Positions 13,277-25,000 of a DNA stretch of 64,000 nt are shown here, piece after piece. The stretch covers positions 4,728,707 through 4,792,706 of the forward strand of contig OZ037767.1 of assembly GCA_964035545.1 (NCBI GenBank), written 5' to 3'. Position 1 is the first letter of the stretch. Every line of letters starts with the position of its first letter. The notes under the pieces were generated by a model. That model was not told where the DNA came from, did not search any database, and saw only the letters and a list, made by a program, of their open reading frames with translations. The translations under genes and the position numbers were made by a program. This DNA is from Bugula neritina. Taxonomy: Eukaryota; Animalia; Bryozoa.

Positions 13277-16200
13277 TTTAGTTTTTGCTGCCTCTCCTAC
13301 AGCTCTCCAAGTAATAAATAAATATATTTAGATCTTTATTACTTATAAATTAAATTTAATCCGCTGATATTGGCACTTGAGAAGAGTCACAGTGTCTGTG
13401 ATACTCTATTGACTTGCCTGTATGCTTTCTGATCTGCGTCTCCACAAACCAACTGGTCATTACTGATTGAGTTACGTCTGCCAATCACTCTCTTATAATA
13501 TCCTAGCAAAGTACACATTCCTCCATACATTTCAATTACCTCATCAAACAGGGTGGTGTCATGCCTCTCCACAGTAGCTCCTCAGTCCAACAACCTGTCC
13601 ATACCTGCCATGTTATCTCTGTTATTTATTAAGGTTACTATTGAAGACTGTTGGCATTAAGGCTAGTGCTAAGCTTTTCACAGTTGAACTGTGAATAAGC
13701 AGATTTTATTATTTAATAGCCAAATAATATTGGCTATTTAGCACCAATATAATATATTTAGTAATAGCAATGCATCTCTACTAGGTAATTATTAGCTATT
13801 TTGACAAAAATGGTATGTTTTAAAGAAACAGAAATAAATGCTATATAATTATAGTAAAATGTATCTTCTTCTAATTGAAATTCTTTTCAATCTATAATTT
13901 TACCTACTTTACATTTTGTTTGTACAATACTTTTTCTGTCTTTACTAGGATTTTTTCATTTAGTTGTTGAGGTTATTGGCAAGTCTGGTTTGCACAAAGA
14001 CAAGCACCTTCCTCATGATCTTAAAGTAAATAAGTGATCATGTGATTAAATGAAGTATAATAGTGTTGATACAACATGTGGCAGATATGTTTGTTTGGAA
14101 TTTTGCTTTTTCTTTCATCTTTTCGACAGAATAATTGAAAATTTCAAAGTGTGAGTATTTAGTCATTTGGGCTGCTTGATGCAAAGAATAAATGCACACA
14201 AAATTTGGCATTTTATGTGTATGGCAACAGCCAAACACTTGGTATTTGTAAACTGAGTGAAAGCTATATTTTCTTGAGTTAGGCACTCAACTATTGTAAT
14301 GCAGATTAGTGCAGGCTAAATGCTCTACATATAATAATCTCAAAACTTTTTTTGGTCTGACCTTTGCTACTTCTAGATTTTCTGTTTTAATTTTATAGGT
14401 TAAAGAAAAGATTTAGCCCTTTTTTTAAATACATAGAGATATAATATCTAAATAATATGACCATCAATGTTGAGCAGTAATTATTGTATCAACCAATGCA
14501 GTTATCTAGTGACCTAAGGCAAATGCTTGAAAAGATTTTTCAAACAATGACAGGCTCATCTTATACTTACTTTATCTAAATAATGGTATAAATCGACGTT
14601 TGTTATTCTGTGTTGTTTAAATGTCTTCAAGATATATTCAGTTAAAATTATTTTATCATTATCTGATAAAATGTTGAATTATTTTTATCACTGTTTTTTT
14701 TCTGAGACTGTTCCTGTTCAATCTGATTAAAATTTCATTGATTTATTTTGTAAAACTATTTGGGTTATGATTTTTAATATAGTTTTGATCAAGTTTTACG
14801 TTAATGCATTTTGATATATCGGAATTTTCTTCATATAAAACTCTAAACAAATTTTTCGAGTTAAATGGTGCTAGCATGTGAATTTACCTGCTAGTTTGCC
14901 ATGCTGCACTATTTTACCAAAACATTGACTGCAGTTCGAACTTGAAATTTAAGTTAGTTATAATTTTAAATCTGGTTTTAGTGATAACAAAAACAAAGTA
15001 TTCCCCATATATTACTGTAATGTTTGTAATAATTTTAGAAAATTTCTTATGTTTGTAGAGAAAAATTTTGTTTATCATTAAGACCTATAAGATGGGCAGA
15101 TAAAATTATCCCTATTAATAGTGCATTGGTTAGGAAAACTAGTTACTTTAGACTGTAAAACATTTATTTGTTGTCTATTTAATTTTATTTTATGTTATTG
15201 GAATATTGCCAAGTCTTCAGTGAATGTATTCACTTATGTTATAGGGTACAATTGCAATACAGTTGGACACAAATAACTTATTTTGAGTACAATCTCTTTG
15301 AGAATTGATACAGAGCATGCCACATAAGCTGTCAATATTCACACAAACTTGATAATAATTTATACCAATTGCCATCTAAATGCTGTGCATAATAATCAAG
15401 TAGTTAATTAAACCAGTGCCATCTGTGATTTAGCAATGCAGTTGGAGGATAAAGGTGTTTAAATTCTACTAATTTTTGTATTATTTATAAATTAATTACT
15501 GTTTGCAGCAATGCAACAAACAATAGTTGTATAGCAGTGTGTTGTTAATAACCTTATTAGAAACATTAGGTAATATAGTTAAAACAAACGAATATCGTGA
15601 TAATTCACTTCATGTAATGTAATGCTCTGAAACTTCGTGCTAAACTTGTGAAATTAGAAATACATGAAAAGGTAATTATTTCTCAGTTCGTTAAAATAGT
15701 ATGCTTATTTTTCTAAAATGTCCAAGTCATGTGTGAAATTCACTGACACATATGTTTAGTTATTAAAGATAAATTTTATTGTGGAAGCATACCCACCAAT
15801 ATGAACTAATATTAAAATTTTTTTTGTAATAACAGAATAATTAGTTATTTTAGACTTTAAAGTAATTAAATAAGTCAAATTGAATTAGTATCTTTTAGTA
15901 AATTTTTTTATTGTTCAAAATTTTTATACCAACATTTGAATTTGAGTTATAGCCAAAGTGTGAGATATTGAATTGTTGATATTTTACTATAATTCCAGTA
16001 AACTCCATGATGGTTATTTTCCCAAATTTGCTAGAATGTTCAGAAAATGGTTTGTCTAGTCAAAAAATTTTCATCAAATATTATACAAAAATTTTTAATT
16101 ACACTATTCAGTTTAGTAGTGGGATATTGTTTTTTTGCGTATCACTCGTTAGGATTAAGCTCTCATTCTATTTATAGTATATATTCTAAATAATATTTCA

Positions 16201-17493
16201 CAAAGTTAACAAACTTGTTAATGCCTTTTAAATTTTTATCCTGCTCAGTGTATTTTGTCGCTGTTACAAGTGCAATGTCTACAAGTTGATTTAATTAAAT
16301 CCAGAGTTCGGCATTCATCAAACAACTTCCAGCTAAATATGCTCAAACTCATCAAAACTGTAGCCAGTACCATGTAGCCTTTCATGAGTGAAATGTCAAT
16401 TGAAGGCTCAGTAGTTTCGGTAATTACGTTTGTAAATATTGATACTCGAGCAGACGACTCTGAAGTGAGCCTCTTGTCTCGGTGCGAGCCATCTGAGCCT
16501 CATCCTAGGCAGTGGGTGTGATTACACGCTACTCAAATTGAGCATACTTGACTTGACCAAGCACCATTCAAAGGCATTAACACCAGCTAACTGCTCCCTA
16601 TATATCATATTATTTGATGCGATTAGGTACCTCATAAGTTTTGACACGACTTCGAAAGAATGACAATGATATTTGCTAAACAGTTTTTGATGGAACAATA
16701 GAATATTAAGTTAATACAGTCGACTCCTGGAGTTTGTTGGCTGATCATCTATAATCGCTGTAAATGGTCTGCAATTGGTTTTATGAGATAATACAGAATG
16801 CAAAACTATTTTAGTTCATTTATAATATTTTATTTTTTGTCCAAGCAACCAATTTTGTTGAAAATTTTGTGAGATTGAAACTGCAAAACATCTACAGTTG
16901 TGATAAATGTGCTGTGCGATGTTAACTGTATCTATCAAAGTTGCTTTGAAGATGTTTCTAAACAAACAGAGAAATAAACTAAGGAGTGTAATCCTATTTC
17001 TAGTCGCTAACTCATGAATTGTCTTTAAGTGGAATATCGAGGTTTTATACAAAAATATAATAGAATTAATATTCTGACATCTTAAATGGCTTCGATTGTG
17101 TAATGAAACCTCTGTAGCCGCCATCTTTTTTGTGATAATATGCACTAAAAAAATGTCCATATCCGATATCAAAGACAAATGTTGCCAGTCGAAATTGTGA
17201 GCAGTTTACGTTGCATTACATTATTCTGTCGGCTCATCTTTAAATCTTTATGCATTTATTTCTAGTTGGTTATTTTTATTCTATATTGTTTTATTCTTTG
17301 GAATGTTTTAAGTTGTCTCAACTGCAAATCTGCTCAGTACAAATGATATGGTTAAAACAGATCCTTAATGAAGTTTATATTCAAAACCTGTGATGCATAG
17401 TGACCTGTCTAATGTAAAATATAACGGTATTTTTGTGACAAAGATTTAATTTCTAAAGTAATATTTTTGCTGCTGTGGATTTTAGCAGAACTA

Positions 17494-20400
17494 ATGGCAT
17501 TACTGAATTGGGATTTGAGTGATGAGGACGAAACAGTGTCAACACGCAAGGAAAAGCATAAAAAGACAGCCAAAAGCAAAAAGAAAAGTCGAGAAAAAGA
17601 TGCTGACAATGGTAATAGTGTTTTGGTAAATGTGTTATTCAACTGGGTTTGTGTGTACTGATGTGTACAGAAACAGCTGAAATTTCAATACAATTAATAG
17701 GAAATATAAATTGCTTTTAACTCAAATTTCTAAAAATAGATTATATTTTCATAGTTTGTTAGTATATTTATTAATTATTAGTGCTAACTTTTGCTGAACT
17801 AAACTTTAATTTACCTCAGCTTAAGTTTAATATTAATTATTGAACATGGTATTTGAGTAATATTGTAATCTACTCAAGTTTTTACTGCTGTTTCTAAGAA
17901 TAGATTAAATTATTTCTCCATGAAATGTGTTGCTTTATGGCTTATGCTGTAAATTTATATATATTTACACAATAGATACAAATTATTTCCTCAAGTTTTA
18001 TTTCATTTAAATTCTAGCTCAAACAGTGAAAGCTTAAGTGTAGGAAATTTATGCATCCGCATGATACAGCATAAAACGTTTTTATGGTAGTGATGTGAAA
18101 TTATGTAAAAAATGCATTTATTTTGTTCAGGGTTTTCTTCTCTTCTATCTTTAATTACTCTATATAATAGTTCAAAGAAACTTTTAGTTTTTTATTAATC
18201 TGAGAGCACCAAAATATACTGAATTAATTGACACTCTATAAAACAAAACACAGCCCTATGGACTAAACACTAAAAATCACTGCCATTTGTTGGACAGTTT
18301 AGTTTAACTTTCAGTTGTAGGTGGAGAGGGCGTTGTAAGCACAGTTATGAAGGAAAACCGTTCTTCGACAGAGGCTGTTGGTGTCCCAGGAAGTTCGGGA
18401 GATGTGCCGGAGAATGCTGATACCGACACCAAGGCGAAAAAGAAGCGTAAAGCTAAGAAGACAACTACAGAAGAGGTAGAAACAGGTGCTGTTTTTACTT
18501 TCAGTATTCTTGAACATGTATCCTTCCATGAGATAAAGTTGAGTCGAATATTTGAAATAAGCAAATTAAAATAAAAGTAATCTGTTCTTAGTTTTACATT
18601 TGCCTCGTGATTATCTCTGACTATCAAAGTTATTAAAATGAGCTGTAATAATGATGGTGGCAGTAACTTGGTTATTATATTAATCAATTTGAATTTAATG
18701 CAGAAAATTTTCCAGTGAATAATTAACTTATAATTTTGCTATTGGTTTTTAATGATAGGATTACAAATATTATGTTGAATAAAATGTTTCACTATGTTTC
18801 AGAGTTAGCTTGAATTCTTAAAATAATGTTATTCTTCACTGCATGAATACTAGGCTCTGAGTCTATGGCTGTTCATTGGTGTTTCAGAGAAGAAAATGAA
18901 GAAAAGTAAGTTCACCATATCGGATGGTTTGAGTCACAAGTCGGTAGTATCAGAGCAGCAGGATGATGGAGGGCAGCAGGACTCTGTACAGGCAGATGAT
19001 GAAACATCAAAGCAGGTTACTGTAGTGTCTACATATAACGTCTAAGTATACACTTTATTTCCTGTTCCTTCTTTGTTTCCTGTTGTTGAGCATTCGACAC
19101 TCAGTTTCACTTTATCTGGTGTCACCCTAACTCTCTACTTAGCACTTTACTAGGCTTCAGGGTATAGCATGTGGATCATATGATTGCATATGACTGGGTC
19201 ACAGCTACCCAAGTTTTGACATTTTCTGCTTCCACCAGTCTCCTCTGTTGATCTCTGGACACAACATGACTTGACTGAAGGAACATCTTTACCTTTGATC
19301 AGGAATAAGATGTATGTAGGCAACTCATTTTATTCCTGATTAAAGACAATGTAGAGAGCAGCCTAGCAAACACGAATTCATGGGTTGGAACCCCAGTAAA
19401 AGCCAATGGTGATGTTAAGAAGAGAATCCAGTCATAATTGCTCCTGTGTCACATCTGTCTAAGTCCTTGGCCCGATTAATAAAAGCTCCTTTCTATCAGG
19501 TTTCTCTCACAGCGATGGTGACTATAAACTTGTGTGAGTTTTTTATAGCCAATGTTAATTCTATATTCACTGTAGAAGAAGATGTCAGCTAGCAAACGCA
19601 AGTTTCTCAAGTACAAAGAAAGAAAGAAGAAAGAGAAAATTAATCATCTCAAATCTACAATGCCCAAAGAAGCCTTAGAGGAATACCTAAAGCCTTCGGC
19701 GCCTGATCTGTCGGCCCAGCAAGCTGCTCTCAATTACCTAAGGCTATGGAAGTCTGCCAGAACAGAGTGGAAGTTTAGTAAGGTCCGTGTCCTTTTCATT
19801 TCTATATATACATGTTCAAGAGTATGCAACTCCTCAAAATATGTATACTTTTCCTACTCAGTACTTTCTACTTGTTATAATGCATCATAATATATTATTA
19901 TAATTTTACACCTTGGTATAATATTTTAACGCATCATTCTATGTGCATCATAGTATATTATTATTACAACATGGTACCTATATTCTGTAATGCATTTATA
20001 TTATATACTGCATCGTGGTATATTATTTTATTCTAATATGTCATAGCATAATATATTATAGTATATTAGATAATCCATCATGGTATATTAATATATTATA
20101 TAATGCATCTTAGCATGTTCTTAGATCACACCATTATATTACAACATAGTAGGCCTATATTGTAAGCTTCATCATAGCATGTTACTATAGCATACACCAT
20201 AGCTGTATACTAGTGACTAAGCTCACACATTCATGTTACTCTGTAGGTAAGACAGACCTGTCTCCTTCAACATATGTATAACAGTTCATATATACAAGAT
20301 GCAGATTTCTCTACTCTTCTTTCATATTTGGAGGATTTAAAAGGTAGCTCATACATTTTCAGCTTTGCTCTTAAGAATATACACAGCATTTACTTACTTT

Positions 20401-20892
20401 CAAGTGTGATACTTACTCTTTAGGTTATACACAGCATAGACTTACTTTTAAGTGTGAGGAATAGTAATTTTTGCTTGTAAAATCCTTGTCTCGCATGCAA
20501 TGATTGAAAAGCTAATTGTCATTTTGTGCCAATGTCGGCATTCTGAGGATTGCCTGTTCTTTACTCCCATAAGTATTATATAATCAGAGCTTTATGAGCA
20601 TTTGAGAGAAATTTACTGTGAAAAATATAGCTTACTCAACATTAATATAGCTAAATGTATTTTATTAGCTTAGCATTGCTTCTACCAACAAGTTTGTTTT
20701 GTTTTCTCAATTTTTTTATTGTATGTACTAAATTACATAACAACATTTAATGTTTTCTTGCCAGGATTGTCTAAAGACAAGACCCTGAAAGAAGCAACAG
20801 AAGTTTTAGAAAAGAATAAAGATTTGACAGATGAAGAGAGTAAAATGAAAGCAAGTAGAGCAACACAAGTATTGCAGATACTAGATGAATGA
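17494..20892 (+). CDS. C7orf50: C7orf50-like protein (WKF/DUF2373 domain) with Lys-rich N-terminus
   Basis: Exons approx. 17494-17611, 18321-~18485, 18888-19014, 19576-19781, 20247-20343, 20766-20892. Joined peptide: ALNYLRLWKSARTEWKFSK|VRQTCLLQHMY...FSTLLSYLEDLKG...RATQVLQILDE*. AATAAA at ~21004. Confidence 0.8.
19350..19530 (+). mobile_element. Degenerate SINE-like element
   Basis: B-box-like GGTTGGAACCC followed by TGATGTTAAGAAGAGAATCCAGTCATAATTGCT, which resembles TGATGTCAGGAAGGGCGTTTGGTCATAACTGCT at ~61312-61345. Two diverged intronic copies. Confidence 0.35.
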
Positions 20893-22081
20893 AAAGCTTA
20901 TTCTTATAAAACATGACAGTATTTTATAATGTGTCAACAATATTACCCTGTAGTAGTACCAAGCTTGATCTGTAATTCAGCAAACTGTTTTATACCAAAC
21001 TAAATAAATAGAATTTTTAAAGTATACAGTAAGTTGTATATAAAAGTATTGACAGATGATATATAGGAGTTGTCTTCCTTATTGTTTATATGTTGAATGC
21101 CATTAGAGATCTAGTTATGCAGCAGGAAAATGAAAATAATTTTTATCATCATGTGCATTTAATTGTATAGTTCTGTCACGAAGGGTCAGAATCTATTCAC
21201 CATTTTCAACTATGAAATTATCTTTAAAACTAATTTTCTTTAGTCAGTATTCTAATATTGATAGAAAAAATATGATTAATAGTTTCGCGGGAGTTATTTT
21301 CCTTCATGCGATTTTGTTACAATAAAAAGATAAGTCTCTATGATATTGTAGGACATTGTATATGCATTGCTTTATACTACCGAGTATTTGTACAGCTCAA
21401 GTAATTCTTAAATTCTAACTACCCTGTCACAGCTTTATAGTGTGGTCATAGAAATGATAAAAAAGTCCAAGTGTTGCCTATTTTTTGATGTCGAAAAGGT
21501 GTTCTGATGCACAGACTGTGTGACTGATGAATAAAACACAATTTATATTCTCTCTTGTCACATATAAAAGAACTAAATAATATAACTAAGACTGTAACCT
21601 ATGATACTTTCTGTTATCAAAGCTATAAGGAAAACTATACCATATACAAAATGTCAGTGGTAAGTAGTAGATTGACAGTTTTACTGGACACATGTTAGTT
21701 CCAATTTCTGCCTGCCAATATATCTTTACACTTGGTGATTGGTATTTTGTAGCTATATTTGTGAATCATACACTACATATTTGACCCTTTGACATCCTGC
21801 ACCACATAATCTGCAACTTTTGTTAAATTGTTTTGGCATCTGAACAACTATTTATCAAATTATCTATTGATAAACCAACATACATATTCATACATTTCAA
21901 ACCTCACCATTTTATAGATATGTGTTTGTTATGGCATCATTATGAGACCACCAGCCACCCTATGTGATTATCATGTATGATAATCACATGATTTTTACTA
22001 TGATTTTTGTGTTAGCCAACACATTTAGCATGTAATTGCCACACAAGTAACTTGTGTGTAATGACATATAGTATCACCATG

Positions 22082-25000
22082 TTATATCGTATCGTAGTTG
22101 GTAGGTGGTACAGGTACGATGGTCAACGTCTCCTCTTCTACTGCAATCACCAAAGGAGCTCTACTAGAGTCCGTGATTTTATCATTTCTTCTTTTGCAGA
22201 CTTTTCGTATTCCCCAGGTTATTCCGACCAATACAAGAGCTATAGCAGCTCCAACAAAATATTCTGTAAAAATAACAATTAAATGACTAAAAAACATTAG
22301 TAACAATACTATTACTTGATGATGTACATGATAATAACATGCATGCAGACTTAATGTAATGGCGCTTTGAGATATTGTATATTTTACACTATGCATATAT
22401 ACATACATACACACTCGTGCACACACACACACACCTCACGCGTGCGCGTGTGTGTGTGCGCACTAAAATGAAAACGCCTTAGAGTTTGAAAGCAGATGAC
22501 CTTTCACTGCGGATATTACAGTGTTTTACAGGAGATCTAAGAAACCTGGTGCTTACGCTGCTGTAGATTATTATGAATTTAGTTGAATTTTTATGACCAA
22601 AAAACATCTTAAACAATGTAAGTAATAGATTAAAAGTTTGTACTCTGTTTTCACATAAAAATTTGTTCAAAATGGTTGCTAATTCAGTTATAGTTGAAAA
22701 TGTAATTGGTTGCATACCAAAAATAATAGGTCTTGGTTCAGATATCTTTTCGCATTTAAGAGAAGATCTCCTGCCCCAATTAGATTTCTCCTGGTTGTTC
22801 CAGTAACACAACATAATCTCCTCACCATCAGTTTTATAGTAGCCCTCCTTGCACTTGTACACTGCCACTGAGCCCTTCATTTGCTGATTCGGTATCAACT
22901 TTGCATTTTCAATACTCGGGGGCTCGCCGCAACCAAAGTCTATTTTTCGACAATATGCATGCATATGTATTAAAATCAGCGTGATGACCACATTAGTTAT
23001 ACCACAACAATATATCGTAAATTAATCCCTCAGTTGTTGAAAAAACAATACTGTCAAAAACACAGATTTCAATTTGAGCACGAAATGAGCTTGAGCCTTA
23101 ATTATGCGATCTTCACAGTATGCCTAGAAAACATCTGTTTTGTCTACTAATTCTTATACATATTCTACGTGTTGCGATGTGATACGAAATTCATGGTCTT
23201 ATACATACCAAGCTTATACACAATGTTGGCTTTGTCCCCCCCACATATCTGGGTGTTGTCTCCTTCACACGTGATATTGCACTGCTCATCAGGGAGTTTT
23301 CCATATCGGTTATGACAGCAATCACCACAGTAACACATATTTCCGGCTTGCACACCAGCGTAGTGGTTTCCTATATCAGTATAGAAATCCGAAATTATTG
23401 TAAGTTATTGTCTAAGTCTGTAGGATATAATACAATATATTTTTATTACGTAAACTTACAATGTCTACTGTATGACTAATATATGCTGTACATCTAATTC
23501 ATAAGTATTGTTATAGTTTTCAGATTTAGGGTTGATGTGTCACCAAGAGAGTCTATTTATCACTAGAGAAACTTCACCGAGTTAAGTCGAGTAGATATCG
23601 TTATATTTTAATACAAGAATACATAATAAAATCTAATGTACAACAGTAATGATACGCACGTCTATTTAATTTACAGCACTATCCTCAACTGAGCTAGTAG
23701 CGCGAAGCGGCTACTATAACTTATAAAACAGCCTAGCTAATTGGCTAATACATTGTTCCGGGTCAATACGCAACCTTGCGTATTGTGTTGCTGGTAGCTC
23801 CACGAGCCACCACACTGCCCCCTCCAGCAGAAAGCCCACTTTCTGATAAAATAAAATTCACATAAAAAAAACGTATACTTCGTTGTGGGGGGGTAAGAGA
23901 ACAGTATAAAAGTATATACAAAAAAACAACAACTGATAAAATATACAGGTATATATAACGTGCACAAGTAGTAATAAGTAAGAGAAGGTCCTATCTACAT
24001 GTAGAGTACGTGCCACCATTACGATAAGGAATGCCACAGAGAGGTAGGGGAAGAGTAGTATGGAATTGTAGGTAGACTCAAGTTAACTGCGGGCCGCACG
24101 CTTCATGCGTTTAATAGACTCCTGTAAATATTTGAGTTCACTGGATGCAGCCTGCACCCGTGGGGCCAGTCTGTACACTTCTTGCTCCAAGTCGTGCGCC
24201 CTAGCTTCTACTTCACGTAGGTTGCGGGCCCAGGGGGACGAGCGAGAGGAAGTCGGCTGTCTGTGTCTTTTCCGCTCTGAGGATGGAAGGGAAGGAGGGA
24301 GTGTATACGCATTTGTGTCTACCCTCTGTAGTACGACACGAGGAAAGGTATGCGGCATGCGTAGAGGACTGTGAGGTGGAGAGTTAGTAGACTGTGTAGG
24401 TTTATCTGCGGCTCCAGAGATGATGGGTCGCGGGGAAGGGAAGCCTTGCTCCAGGCGAGATAGCCGAGCTGAGTCAGTGATGAGTGGTTTGATGGCGTTG
24501 AGAAAGGCAGGATAGGATGATTCGTCTACTTCATAGACATGCCCTTGATAACACTGCATAGTACGTTGGTGCCGCAATAGGTAATCACGATTGTAGCTAT
24601 ATTCTCCGCAAGGGCAGAAAGTGGTGATGTAGTGCTGCGGCAAGTGTACTTTTAGTCTGCGGTGGGTTGTGAATCGCTGCTGGCAGAGGTTGCATTCACG
24701 ATTACTCTCACCTCCTTGATGGGTCCTGATTTCTCTCTCTGTGGCAGGGGTAATCCAGTTGGAGGTTGCTTCCAACTGGGGTGGCAGTTGCCTTGTTGTA
24801 GAAGTTGTTGGGGCCGGCTCTGGGTCCCACGCCATCTCTAGAGAAGGTATGCCCGGAGAGACGGGCGCGAGTGTGTCTACAAAAGTAGAATTATTGTTAG
24901 ATCGCGGTGGATCTTTACAACATAATTCTAGTGACTGTCGACCGTTGCTAGCCTGAGAGTCACAGCTTTTGGAATGCACTCGAGGAACTGATGAATCATG

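Noticed and set aside
16816-17178. 120-aa minus-strand ORF
   Set aside because: AT-rich composition with no domain; overlaps a probable promoter region.
22415-22462. (CA)n...(TG)n inverted microsatellite
   Set aside because: Common simple repeat; hairpin or Z-DNA potential alone is no evidence of function.
22479-22565. Possible extra exon between the Sushi and TM exons
   Set aside because: All phase-1 acceptors tested lead to an early stop; the Sushi exon splices in frame directly to the TM exon.
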